Assembly: GCF_006345805.1 (NCBI RefSeq)
Contig: NC_043006.1
Coordinates: forward strand, 62,248,001 to 62,312,000
DNA from: Octopus sinensis
Lineage: Eukaryota
DNA: 64,000 bases
Reading direction: 5' to 3'
The position numbers and the translations under genes are program-made. Below are positions 51,336 to 64,000 of the stretch, piece by piece; the first letter of the stretch is position 1, and each line of letters starts with the position of its first letter. The notes under the pieces were generated by a model, which was given only the letters and a program-made list of their open reading frames with translations, made no database searches and was not told where the DNA came from.

Positions 51336-51344
51336 TATATATAT

Positions 51345-51541
51345 AAAGTTAATCCAAACAAGAAAGCACAAAAAAACACAACAACGCGAGGACGTGGAAC
51401 AAATATAGTATTATTGGACGCTCAGGAAAGAAAGAAACGTTTCGAGCGGAGCTCATCGTCGGAAACATAGGAGAAGGAAAGATCCAGAGAAGGGAAGATA
51501 GGGGAAAAAATCGTCAACGGTACACACGAGGTCGCATTTTG

Positions 51542-51545
<4 letters not shown>
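51345..51545 (-). mobile_element. Solo pLTR-like unit (~200 bp) between (TA)n runs
   Basis: (TA)n on both sides and a hammerhead-like motif. The tail (...ttcctgagcgtccaataatac...tatata) has the same layout as 15731-15860. Confidence 0.6.
51435..51467 (-). ncRNA. Degenerate hammerhead-like motif
   Basis: tgttt-CCGACGA-T-GAG ctccg CTC-GAAACGTT. Core has U4->C, and the 3' strand of helix I is missing in this copy. Confidence 0.5.
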
Positions 51546-51585
<40 letters not shown>

Positions 51586-51589
51586 ATAT

Positions 51590-51677
<88 letters not shown>

Positions 51678-51790
51678 GTAGATAGATAGATAGGTAGATA
51701 GATAGATAGATACATACATACATACACACATACATACATGCACACATGCATGCATACATACATACATACATACATACATACATACACATA
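51545..51790. repeat. Compound microsatellite (TA)n(TAGA)n(TACA)n
   Basis: Direct. Confidence 0.95.
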
Positions 51791-51989
51791 TATAACTTTC
51801 TGGAAAGCATATGCATGATATGGAAAATATCCTCGACCATTCTCAAAGGATATAGTGTTGGTGTTTGCTCCGGATATACGCCGTTGTATTGTTGTGAAAA
51901 GGGGAAAACTATAAACCAGATTAGCAACATTTCTGCATATCTGACGAGGAATGTTACAGGTATCTAGGAGTGGATAAAAACATATCTTA

Positions 51990-52960
51990 CAACGTCACCT
52001 TTAACAAAATAACATAACAGCTGAATAAAGAAAATTTAGGCCTCAGAACTCTCTGCATTCAATAAAACAGTGGCCCACAATATGTTGGTAGTACCAGTAC
52101 TCATACCAACATTTCGGCTGCTTGATTAGACGCATGAAGAGACGCGAGCCATTGATGTGAAAACCTGAAAAATTCTAGCAAGCATACACAATTTCCACAT
52201 AAACAATGACGTAGAATGCCTCTACCTAAAATGAAAACAAGTCGGCAGAAGCTTAAGATCGATCCGAAATGCCTTTGAATGTCGCATCATATTCCTTCGG
52301 CAACGTCTTTTAACCAACAGGTGTTGAAGTGCTTCTCTTGACCAAGATTGCATACATAAGGCTGATGACATCATGAAATTTGGAAGGCAGTTCTTTCTTT
52401 GCCTGATAACGTAGAATACATGCCCAAAAAGTTGCGCGACTGTACTGCAAAGTATCATTAGATGAAAGGATGAGCCTATATGAGCAGAAAATATGAATGG
52501 ATATGAGCAGAATATATGACTGGATATGTTAGTAGAAAGCTACGAGATGATAGTAACATTGATCATCAAAGCAGTCTATTGAAGTGTATGCGTTTGCAAT
52601 CCAGGAACAGGAAATATCAACCAAATACCTGATGCACGAAAGGCATAGTTATGTAGGAAAACTAGTAAAATGTACCAATCAATGCAGACTTTGTGGAGTG
52701 AACCTCGAAGATATCACTCACATCATAAACAGTAGTCTGAAAATGTCATCAGGTATTATCTGCCTATGAAACATGATGTTGTATCTTGGACACTCTTTAA
52801 TGAAATCTGTCGGAAGGATAACCTCGACGACAAAGAATTAACAACGCACAGTATGGTAGAAACCATAGCCAATCATAATAGAAAGGAGTACTGGTGGAAT
52901 GTCCCAGTGAAGTCCTCAGTAAAATGTAAGCACAACAAACCTGTGTACAGTTGTGGAAAT
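51990..52960 (+). pseudogene. Decayed R4-clade LINE fragment
   Basis: ASELSAFNKTVAHNMLVVPVLIPTF; DVECLYLK; FAIQEQEISTKYL; CRLCGVNLEDITHII; YWWNVPVKSSVKCKHNKP. Confidence 0.8.
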
Positions 52961-53255
52961 TAGCTGCCCAGCGGATGTTAATATAAAGCTGAAGATCAGT
53001 GCAAAAGAGTAAACGTACGCTGACCTATAGAGAAATCTACAGTTACTCTATTCAGATTACAAGTTCAAGTTTATACTTTCAATTATTGTGACCCTGGGAT
53101 AAGTAACACATCTAAATAACAATGCATGAACCTTGAATTTAGGTTAGAAACCGGCTCTTTCTCTATTGGCATGAAATCGTGAAAACAAATGATCAATGAC
53201 ATACATACATACGTACATACACACATAAATACGTGCATACATACAGTATAAATAC

Positions 53256-53364
53256 CACTTTCTGAAATAGGAGAATCGAAAGTATCAAGGTCCTTGTCTG
53301 GCATTACTTTTATATTTGACAACACCTTATCGAGATCAGTTCCCATTTTGTTTTGCTGTTATGT
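53256..53364 (-). CDS. Candidate first coding exon (ATG at 53346; MGTDLDKVLSNIKVMPDKDLDTFDSPISES)
   Basis: Acceptor ttaatgttctcaccag, start context aaaacaaaATGG, donor AGTG|gtattt, unique sequence. Confidence 0.35.
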
Positions 53365-55009
53365 CTGGTGAGAACATTAACTCACATATTGGATAAAGTT
53401 AACAGCAAATAATTGAATCTAATGAAAGTGAACTAAAATTTCTTTTGATATCTAAATATCAAAGCTACATATCTTTGTAGGCTGTCCACACATTCCATAT
53501 GCAAATAGACTGGTTTCAAGAAAATTCAGTGTGACACCCATGCTCAAAACTAAGAACAGCAAAATGTGATGTATTGTAGACGTTTATAAATGTGACAGTG
53601 ACCTACATGTGACTACAGCTTCGAAGAAATATATCAAACGTTTGTCAGAACATCATCAAAATTTACAAACTTTTCGGAATAGTTTGATATATTTAATGCA
53701 TTATATATTTGATGGCTCCTGCACGGATATTCTATATATAAATAGCATGGTTTCAATAAATAATACCATTTTCATGGAGACATAGTAACATCATTCAAGT
53801 AAGATATCTTAATTCTTTCCGTATTACCGTGCTGTCATTACCTTAATCATCACATCAATATATATAACTTAATGGAACGAATAAATTCATTGTTGTGAAG
53901 TAGTTATCTTGTATGTTTGATACATCTGTAGTAAAAGCTGATTGGATAAATTGTAATCAATTGCCGTCTACTGCGGAACATAGAGAAATAAGCATAGCAA
54001 CAGTATTTATATGAAAACACTTGCGAAAATTCGAAAATTCAGACGTAATGCTAAAATTTTGTTGAAGTTTGTTCAATTATGAAAGTGAAATTTAAGAAAA
54101 AAGTAATACTCTCATTGAAAATAAAATCTAAAAATATAAACACTGTTGCTTGCTCTGATTTTTATGTAAAGATTTGTAAACATATTGTGATGTAAAGAGC
54201 TCATATAGGGAAAATAATTACAGCTGTAAAACTGTCAATAGATTAACTATATCCGTCTTATTGAAACTATTTCAAGTATAAAACTATGCTTACATAGCGC
54301 CTCAATTTCTGTTTATTATACAGATAATTAAAATTTGCCCAATAATATAATGCATCGTTACTTTTTTATTCCATTTATTTCTTAATTGTAGCTGACAGAA
54401 ATAGACTTAGTAGACATAGATAACGCCTAACCTAGCAATGGCACGGGAGACGCGTTCCAGCAATAGTAAAATTTGAACTCGCGTGTGATCAGAAATAAAA
54501 CTACGATAGTAACTCGTATCTTAATTTGCACATTCGTGTTTTAGATGTTGCATCAGTAATTTCACAACGCAGACGGTGTGCGAAAGGAAATCACGTACAT
54601 CTCCCATGAAAAAAGGCTAATAGATGATGAAAAGGGCCCTTAACCATCTTTCCAGAGAGGATATACCAACTATCTATTTGATTCACTTCACTTTTTTAAC
54701 GATTAAATGTAGTCTATTTAAATTTATTTCAGTGTAGCTGATTCATGCTGCATTAAGCTGAACAAAAAACCAGTTGTTTGATTACTGACGAACGCCTAAG
54801 ACACAAATGCCCTAGGAAAGCTATCATTCACGGTTATCACTTAATTATCGAATGGGTTGATAGTTTATGTTTCCAGTTTGTGAAGGAAATCAGGTGTATG
54901 TTGTCTATTTAAGGGTTAAGCAACTAGAAAATATTCCATCGGGTGACTCTTCACTCTTTTTTCCTGCTTAGTTAGCATGGGATGATTGTGTACTCTCTTA
55001 ATATCATAG

Positions 55010-55082
55010 AAATCTAACATTTACTTACGGAGATAGTGATTTTATATCACCTGAGGAGATACACCTAGGTCTTATTACACAG
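55010..55082 (+). CDS. Candidate small exon (NLTFTYGDSDFISPEEIHLGLITQ)
   Basis: Consensus donor CAG|gtaagc, acceptor ctctcttaatatcatag, open frame. Confidence 0.3.
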
Positions 55083-55361
55083 GTAAGCTGTAACTTAATT
55101 TAAATGTAAATCCTGTATATATGTGGATCTATGTTGTATCGGGACATGTGTAATTGTCATTAAACAACTGTCGAATCGTACTCCCTCTTTCTTTTGACTC
55201 TATTTATTCTTTCGCTTTTATTTTTCACACACGAGGAATGCCTAAGCCTAGAATTGGTAGTATACCATAATACCACCGGCTATCTGGTAATTCTAAGGGG
55301 GAACGATCTCTATTTTATATTCTAATACATTCTTAAGTGAATACACTTCAACTATATGCAC

Positions 55362-55393
<32 letters not shown>

Positions 55394-56019
55394 CTGTCTG
55401 TCTGTCTGTGTGTGTGTACGTGTACGCATGTATCTATGTTTTAATGTACTTTTACACAAAAATGCAGAAGCATACAAACTCGTAGAGAAATGAATATAAC
55501 CGTTCGCTAATATTCCGCTTGCTATGCAGTTTGAAATCTAAAGACATATCAAACAAATGGTCCATTGAATTAAATATGTATTTTTGTTGCTACAGTCTGA
55601 CAAATCAATAATGGAAACACATATCATATACATTCGATATAAAATATATTAAATACAAACATGCGTTTCGAAGACTACTTCAATTACAACAATATGTTCA
55701 AGCACCGTCAATAATTTTATATGTATTCTCGTTCAGAAAGCTAGTTCTGTCAAAAACTGTACAAAAACATACCCCTCTGTATAACAATTGAATACACAAA
55801 TTTTATTATTAAGTCTGTGGCTGCGAGTGAAATATGTATGTATGATTACTGACTTGTTTATCAACACACTATTCAGTATAAAATGTATAACGAAATATGC
55901 TGATTCGCACACAAAAAACATGCATGCATACATTTATTTGTTCTTATATGCATATTTATTTGTTCATTACGAAAATAATGAACATATATATTTATTCATT
56001 ACCAAAAGGCCTTCGATAT

Positions 56020-57110
56020 CGTCGAGATAAACGCAGTGTTGATACTTCTTGAAATGCAATATGTTGAGGCGCATTACATCAATCTACTCAGAGATGCGAA
56101 CTCTGCGAGAACAACAGTTATAGCTCTACTATCACCACTAGTAAGGGTCCCAATTGAGAAGGGTATCATGCAAGGTGATACCATCTCTCCAAAGCTCTTT
56201 ACAACATTTCTAGAAATTGTCATCAAGGACCGGACTGGTGACGTGAACATCATTAGCGAGTAGCTAACACATCTTTGGTTCGCAGATGACGTACTATTCG
56301 CGGAAACTACAAACTAATCGCAGACCATGTTGATAGAGCTGAAGACTCAGATACTAACAGTAAGTATTTAAATGAACTCCATGAATACAAAATATATGCT
56401 GTTGGAAGATGTATCACAAGACAGAGTAGAGGTGAGAAGTGTTGAAACAGAGAAGGAAAGGGATTACATTTACTGAATGTCTACGAATGTGAATACATAT
56501 AAAAACATTCAGTGTAAAATGTGTAACGGAATATATTGATACACACAACAGAAACTTACATGCAGACGCGCATTTATTTGCGTTTATATGCAAGTACACA
56601 ATAAATATCGAACGACATGTGGATGCTGAAATCTAAACGACGATAAGGGCAGGATGGAAGCCATTTAACTCAATAAGGAATCTGCTTGAAGCAAAGCTAG
56701 ACAATGTCATACATGTCAGACTCTTCGACAGAATCATGCTTCTTGCGCTCCCATATGGAAGTGAGACGTAATCTACCTTGAAGAGAATAGAACATCGATA
56801 GGCTAAGACGTAAAGTGCCATGGAAAGTTCCATGCTTGGAATATCACTAAGATTACATTCGAAATAATTCGAGAACAACGCAGAGCGGCGAATATGATCG
56901 AAGAGCATCGCAAGCCAAAGTTCCGCTGGACTGGACATGTGACAAGGTTCACAGACATCAAGGTCAGCCCGTGCAGTTGCCGAGAGGTCGGAAAATCACA
57001 TTTAGAAGGCACCCACGATGAATGGAAGACAATTTGGCCAATCGGTTTTGGCCAGGAAATAACATAATGGCGCAATCGAGACAAAAATTGAAGTGAATTG
57101 TGACCCACGG
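56020..57110 (+). mobile_element. 5'-truncated decayed RTE-clade LINE
   Basis: YQKAFDIVEINAVL; KGIMQGDTISPKLFT; LTHLWFADDVL; KFRWTGHVTRFTD. Confidence 0.88.
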
Positions 57111-57499
57111 TGTTTATCAGTATCTCATGGCCTGGTCAATACTGTGATATATGTCTATTATTTATATGCATATGTTTATGAGAGTCTTTGAACGAGCTTG
57201 CTAGCGCAATTGCAGTCCGTCGAAAATTCCGCATACCGGATGTTAGAAGATTCTAGGGGTTGTCAGGAGAGAATTTCACCTTTTCGGGGCCTCACTCCAG
57301 AGGTTTATGCAACATACCGGCCCCTCAACACAACCCCCTACTCTTTCAACCGACTTGTTCAACCGACCTCAAGTCAATTTAGGGATCATCAATTACTTCC
57401 CCAATTGTAATTGGGGAGGTAATTGATGTCAAGTTTCGTCCTTCTTTTTCAGCTATATTTAATAGCTGACCCTTTCAACGCTCCTTCAAATTGATGTTT

Positions 57500-58140
57500 G
57501 CTTGCCGACTTTGGAGACCAATTAAAAGCAGACATTGTCTCAGTTTATCCCCAGCAAAACCGATACTTACATCAAACTTCTATAGTAAAATATACTGCAC
57601 TCCAACCTGCACCGGTACTGACTTCAAGTAGCATCAGACAAACATACTCTGTACTGTTTTCCGGTAAGATCTTTCCTAACCCGTGTTGTATATTATTTGT
57701 CTTCGTGCGGAACATTCAATTCAGTGTTCCTCACATATCTGGCTCTTCCTTGTTGGTATTGGAAAGGAGAGTTCACAACCTACAATATCTGCTGCTCCCT
57801 CCCATGCTCCGTCTCAGTTCTCATTACTCACAGTTTTCTTCTATGTTGGGTAACCATCTGTTAATTTGATGGAAAAACGTGAGAAACCGTCTACAGCCGT
57901 TCCGCGGTTTCTTGTCACATCTGATCCTTGGAGGCACATTATAGAATTTTTCATACCCACTTGTGCCTCGGCGTATAACTTTCCTAGGCCTATGAGAGTG
58001 ACATGGTGCCATACAATTATTGTATGCAATTACCTTATAACATTTATCTACTACATAGTTTGTTGTGGTGTAAAGGTGAACTGGTTTAAATAGATTGTAC
58101 CAAATCCCCTTCCGGTGACCTTGAATTATACCCACTATAT
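57500..58140 (-). pseudogene. Highly decayed AP-endonuclease fragment of an RTE-like LINE
   Basis: NLFKPVHLYTTTNY (IIQxYAPT-like), TRNRGT...FSIKLT, RRQIIY...SYRKTV (QIDYI-like). Many disablements. Confidence 0.5.
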
Positions 58141-58200
58141 GTTGGTGTTCCAGTAATGTTAATTACATCATCAATCTCCCTCTCTTCCCTTCTCTCTATC

Positions 58201-58234
<34 letters not shown>

Positions 58235-58279
58235 GCACAGCATTTTCGTGCAAGACAGAAGAAGTTTACTGAGGCAGAG

Positions 58280-58555
58280 CTGATTTGCCAGTATAGACCA
58301 ATTTCGATCCTGAATGTAGATAGCAATATTTACATGGGTGTATTTGGCAAGAGAACAGATACATACCTACAAGATAACGACTTTGTAAGCGTAAGTACAC
58401 AAAAAGCTGGAATTCTCAGAAATCCTGCCTGTGTGGAGCATACATGTTCTATCTGGGATCCGATACAAGATGCAAAGAAGAATAAAATGTCATCTGAACG
58501 TTGCATGACAAGATCTGGCTAACGATTTGTACCACACAAACTGCTAGAAGGAGCG
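58280..58555 (+). pseudogene. HERO/NeSL-like RT fragment
   Basis: RPISILNVDSNIYMGVFGKR..YLQDN.FVSVSTQKAGI..PACVEH..IWD.IQDAK. Confidence 0.65.
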
Positions 58556-58679
58556 GACTTCTTTATTGGGAATTTATTGCATTTTTAAATTTTGGAATCT
58601 ATTACTTTGAGAATTCTATTTTTAAATCATTTTGGAATCTTTTTTATTCTAGATAATTTTAGTAATTTTTTTTTTTCAG

Positions 58680-58886
58680 ATCATTAAAATGGAATGTCAA
58701 GTTAAGGAAAATGAGCATTTTTAGTACCTCCTTTTCGCTTTTAATCGAGGTTCTAAGGCCGCAAAAGCTGCACGCAACATTTGTGATGTGTAGGGAGAGG
58801 GTGTCATACCTGAAAGAACCGCTCGTGATTGGTATGCCAAGTTCAAAACTGGAAATTGTGACCTCACAGACGGACCTCGTTCTGGC
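58680..58886 (+). pseudogene. Mariner transposase N-terminal HTH fragment
   Basis: MECQVKENEHF*YLLFAFNRGSKAAKAARNICDV*GEGVIPERTARDWYAKFKTGNCDLTDGPRSG. Confidence 0.85.
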
Positions 58887-59164
58887 CTTTGAAAATATGG
58901 GTGGTTCATTCAACATCCTTAAACAATCCTTATCCAGGGACCTTTTGAGCGGGATGGGCTACTCGACCAGATGAAAATTGTAACTCAGCCCCACCTGCAA
59001 GGTCATGCGCTGTTTATCTTAATATGAGATCACCATGTCGCGCACATATGGTCGTGATGAATGGACCTGGTGTGCCCTTATCACACGGGTTGTCATGATG
59101 GGTATACTGGGCTTCGAACATTTTTCCCCAGTGTCAATTGATGGCATGCACTGCTCTCTCACTC
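58887..59164 (+). mobile_element. 3' half of E555
   Basis: atgggtggttcattcaacatccttaaac...ccccacctgcaaggtcatg...ctgctctctcactc, then (AAT)n. Confidence 0.85.
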
Positions 59165-59420
<256 letters not shown>

Positions 59421-60607
59421 AAAATCAGAGTTAGACTGATCCTTAAGTCGAAATTAAACGGACGGAATAAAATCGAAGCTATCAACACCTGGGTGGTTTC
59501 ACTCCTTGGATATGGGGCGGGGGTAATCGCGTGGACAGTAGACGATCTGAACAGCTTAGACAAAAAGACGAGGAAGTTGCTAACTAGATATAGGTCACTC
59601 CACCCAAAAAGTAACACAGAAAGTTTGTATGTACCAAGAAAAAATGAGGACCGACTGGATGCGAACACACCATTAGAGAAAACAATATAGCATGTTATGT
59701 AAAAGATGCTACAGAACCGCTATTACTAGAAGTAAGAAGGTCAGGCTCGTGTAGGATGAAAGTTTGCAAAGATATAGCACTAAAATATTGAAAATGAATG
59801 AAACTAAAAATAGGTAAAGAAAATGGGTAAAGAAAAGAATGCATGGTCAATGTCATAGAGATGTCAAAGATAAGACAGACAGAGAAAACAGATGTGTATG
59901 ACTAAAAGTGATTTAAATCCTGAAACTGAGGCTCTGATCTGTGCTGCCCAAGAGCAAGCACAAAATACATAAAATGCAGAATAGGCAACACATCACAAAG
60001 GGATCTGTGGACGAAGCGGTGGAACCGAATGGTATATTACCATCCAATGTCCGCCACTAGCCCAGAAGGAATATAAGACACGCCACAACAGACTTGTACA
60101 GTGGACACTTTGCAACAAGTATGGACTTGACAGAGAAAAAAATTGGTACAACCACAAACTTGAAGGCATTGTATAAAATACAAATGCAAAGATCAGTGCA
60201 ACCATGAGATTGAGAATAGGAAGCCGGACTCTTGATTGAGAACGAAAACATGCTGGATCATAGACATAGCATACCCAACTGTCAACATGGTATGCGATTA
60301 GGAAGAAAGAAAAGTGGAGAGATATGAGAGGTTAACTTGGGAGGTTAAGCAGCTGTGATCAATTAAAAAGGTAGCAGTGGTACCAATAATTGTCGGAGTC
60401 CTGGGAACAGTGAGCAAAAATCTGAAGAAGTACGTGGAAAAAATAAGGGATGCAATAATAGTGGAGCACTTGCAGAAAACAGCACTGCTTGGGACTGCTC
60501 GAATAGTCCGGAAGGTGCTCGAGAAAGAAAGAGGTGTTACCTTAGTTCACTGATAGTGAACAGCTGACACTGTAGTACATCTCCAGCGTTAGAAGCTGTA
60601 CAAAGGT
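59421..60607 (+). mobile_element. 5'-truncated R4/Dong-clade LINE (family C)
   Basis: RVRLILKSKLNGRNKIEAINTW; LHPKSNTESLYVPRK; PETEALICAAQEQ; VAVVPIIVGVLGTVSKNL; LQKTALLGTARIVRKVL. (AAT)n on both sides. Confidence 0.88.
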
Positions 60608-60611
60608 AATA

Positions 60612-60642
<31 letters not shown>

Positions 60643-60702
60643 TTAATAATAATAATAGTAATAATAATGATGATAATGATAATAATAATAATAATAATAA
60701 TA

Positions 60703-60744
<42 letters not shown>

Positions 60745-60833
60745 GAAGAAGAAGAAAGAAGAAGAAGAAGAAGAAGAAGAAGAAGAAGAAGAAGAAGAAG
60801 AAGAAGAAGAAGAAGAAGAAGAAGAAGAAGAAG
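60608..60833 (+). repeat. Compound (AAT)n then (AAG)n array
   Basis: Direct; switch at about 60743. Confidence 0.97.
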
Positions 60834-61908
60834 AATATTATAGACGAGTTAGATCAATACTGAAAACAGAGCTCAATGCTAAAAACAAGATTATAGGTAT
60901 CAACACTTTAGCCGTTCCAGTTATAAGTTACAGCTACAATATCCTTAACTGGACACTAAATGAACTGACCAAAATAGATAGGAAAACAAGAAAAATAATG
61001 ACAGGATCTAGGATGCATCACCCAAAATCTGACATAGAAAGGCTATATATATACAACGTACAGAAGGTGGTAGAAGCCTTACACAGCTGGAAAACTACTA
61101 TAAAATAAGCACCATAGGACTGCAAAAATATCTACTTCAGAAGGAAGGAAAACTGATACAAATAGCGGCAAAACACGAGCGAAACAAAAAACTGTTCTCA
61201 GTATGTAAGGAAGCTGACAAATACAAACAAGAAATCATACCACATAACAAATAATAATAAGAAGAAGATGAGGAAACAACAAAAGCTATAAAACAAATGA
61301 AATCCAAACTGAAAATAGAACAGCAACGAACCATGATAAAACGATAGCAAGAAAAGCCCCTTCATGGCAAATACTGGACTAAACAAAATGCAAAAGAAAT
61401 AGGCAAAGAAAAATCCCAGCAATAATTGAGAAGCTCAGGACTCTAAGCAGAGACAGAAGGATGTTTAATTGCAACACAAGACCAAAGCCTCCTCACCAGA
61501 AATTACGAAAAACATGTAATGAAAAGAAATATAACAAGTAACTGCAGAATATGTGGAGATAACAACGTGTCTCTAAAAGAAATGGAGAAACTTTCAAAAT
61601 ACAAAGACCTGGAAATAGAGGTAACCAGAATGTGGAATCTAAAAACAGAAACAATTCCTATCATAATAGGTGCATTAGACATGATAAAATAATATTCAGA
61701 CAAATACATAACAAAAACACCAGGACTTAACAAAAACACATATAACAAACAGAAAATTGTACTACTATGCACTGCACACATCCTACGCAGAACACTTTCC
61801 ATACAATAACTATCAGAGCATCACAACAAATCACAGCACATACCCAAGGCACACAGAGCAACGCTCGGTGTAGTGAAGTGAAAGCACGCTATAAAAATAA
61901 AACTACTG
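60831..61908 (+). mobile_element. 5'-truncated family B copy with an internal 304-bp deletion
   Basis: Near-identical to 7456-8614, including the 3' end aaagcacgctataaaaataaaactactg followed by (AAT)n. Confidence 0.93.
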
Positions 61909-61945
61909 AATAATAATAATAATAATAATGATAATAAAGTGAGTA

Positions 61946-62476
61946 AGTGGCACTCGTGGCTTCTGATCTTAACTGATAGGAAGTGTTATCATGTACATTA
62001 TTTTGTTTGATATAAAAGATGGCCTACAGCAAATGTTCTGCTCAATACCACATATTTGATTGTCAGTTGTTTGACCTTCACCAGTTGACTACGTCCCTCA
62101 GTGGCTGACGATATGTGTATCTCTGATCACAAGCAGAATTAGTGGAGAAACATCATAGCCATGTTTTGAGAGAGATTTTTGTGGGATTGAGTAATTCACC
62201 TATGGAAACATGGATGTTTCGTTCAACATCCTTAAACAACCTTATTCAGGGACCTTTTGAGCGGGACGAGTTACTCGACCAGAAGAAAATTTTAACTGAG
62301 CCCCACCTGCAAGGTCATGTGCTATTTACTTTGATATGAGATCACCATGTCGCGCACATATGGTTGTGACGCATGTGCGTAGTGTACCTTTATCAGACTG
62401 ATAGTCATGATAGCTATATTGGGGTTTGTATATTTTACCCAGTGTCACTTTGATAGCATGCGCTGCGCTCTCACTC
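61946..62476 (+). mobile_element. Nearly complete E555 copy (first ~20 nt missing)
   Basis: gtggcttctgatcttaactgat...ccccacctgcaaggtcatg...gctctcactc-aataataat. Confidence 0.88.
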
Positions 62477-62561
62477 AATAATAAAGTGAGTAATTTGTGG
62501 TTATAAAGCGATGGCTGTTGATAGTAAGATGTAATGCAATTCTCTGTCGAATTTTGTGTAT

Positions 62562-62595
<34 letters not shown>

Positions 62596-62767
62596 TTATG
62601 TATATATATATATTGAGAGAGAGAGAATGAGTGAGAGACATACAGGAAAAGAAAAGCAAGAAGACAGACGGACAGACAGATAGATACATACATCTTTATA
62701 AAGGTGCTATAGGCAACTAGAACATGTGCCTACTTGGGGTCCACAATATCTTAACTGCACATATATA

Positions 62768-62803
<36 letters not shown>

Positions 62804-62805
62804 CG

Positions 62806-62893
<88 letters not shown>

Positions 62894-63029
62894 CAAAAAT
62901 GGGACTAGAACCGACAAATAAGGGGGAATTACTGTTGTGATTGACCAATAAGACAAAATTGCTATTCAAATGACCGCTAAGTGAGAAGAGGCAGTAAAAT
63001 TAAGGGGGACAAAAATGTTCATAGTATTC

Positions 63030-63845
63030 GCGGAAGCGTGCGTGTCCATACCTACACATGCGCGCCCACTCACCAACGTGCATGCGCCTATAAGTACACA
63101 CACATCCACCCTCACTTGAAACATACACTTTCTCATCCACACAATTCACCAATATATATATACACTCCCACACACATACACGCGCACCAAATAGGTTCAT
63201 ACACCCGTATATATATATACGCACAAGCATGTCTGTATTCGCGCATTCTAAGAATGTTCAACCTTATGAGGGATGAGATAATATACAAGTGAGATACATT
63301 GTGATATGCAACACGGCAAACCTGTTTTCTATCTACCACTTGGGGAAGAAACAAACATTCAAAATAACAATGATGTTTAATCGTTTTTTTTTTTTACACA
63401 TTTTCCTGTATTTTTGCCTTTAGCCATGTTTCTTCTTACGCGTGTGCGTATATAGACGTGTGTAGGAACTTTTTTCTGCGTTTGTGTGCGCGCATTATTA
63501 TGCGAGTATGCGCGTACATAGACGTGTGTGTGTGCATGTATATGTGTATGTGTGTATATACAGGTGTTTTACTATAATTGCCTTTTTTAATACTTTTTCT
63601 GCATTGTTGCTCTTAGCCCTATTTTTTCTTGTGCTTGTGTGTATATAGACACGTGTATGAACATTTTTGGTGCGCGTGTATGTGTGTGTGATTTTATACA
63701 TATATATATATATATATATACCTTGCGAATAGTGTGGGTGAGAATGTGTATGTTTCGAGTGAGGGTGGGTGAGTGTATACTTAAATGCGCGTGCACGTTG
63801 ATGAGCGGGCGCCCATGTGTAGGTATGGACATTTGCGCTTACGCA
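63030..63845. repeat. Inverted repeat, arms ~200 bp (63030-63232 and 63636-63845)
   Basis: tgtccatacctacacatg / catgtgtaggtatggaca; caccctcacttgaaacatacac / gtgtatgtttcgagtgagggtg; catacacgcgcaccaaa / tttggtgcgcgtgtatg. Confidence 0.85.
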
Positions 63846-63846
63846 T

Positions 63847-63910
<64 letters not shown>

Positions 63911-63912
<2 letters not shown>

Positions 63913-64000
63913 AGGCGCAGTGGCCCAGTGGTTAGGGCAGTGGATTCGCGGTTGTAGGATAGCGGTTTCGATTCCCAGACCGGGCGTTCTGGGTGTTTAT
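63911..64000 (+). mobile_element. tRNA-derived SINE head, truncated by the window end
   Basis: A box tggcccagtgg, B box ggtttcgattcc. Homologous to 1698-1790. Confidence 0.8.

Noticed and set aside
63911-63985. tRNA gene (also 1698 and 43095)
   Set aside because: Has A/B boxes but no complete cloverleaf and continues into a SINE body.

Overview
AT-rich, microsatellite-dense eukaryotic DNA. The repeat and SINE content looks like a coleoid cephalopod, probably Octopus (inference, not verified). No intact long gene, rRNA, true tRNA or CRISPR array is visible. The window is mostly decayed transposable elements: (i) at least eight R4/Dong-clade non-LTR retrotransposon pieces (RT, CCHC finger, restriction-like endonuclease), including one near-full-length ~3.8-kb copy, mostly stacked in three same-polarity (AAT)n-anchored clusters (2.1-9.3 kb +, 34.8-37.7 kb -, 58.9-62.5 kb +); (ii) a non-coding ~555-bp element with five copies, all in those clusters; (iii) Penelope-like element (PLE) remnants and short pLTR-like units carrying hammerhead-ribozyme-like motifs and ending at (TA)n; (iv) Tc1/mariner remnants, one built from two left ends; (v) RTE and HERO-like LINE fragments, a gag-like ORF1 remnant and many tRNA-derived SINEs; (vi) several fold-back inverted repeats. 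A few splice-site-bounded open exons suggest unidentified host genes (low confidence). Most ORFs in the supplied track are microsatellite or antisense artefacts. Family labels A-E and the name E555 are mine.
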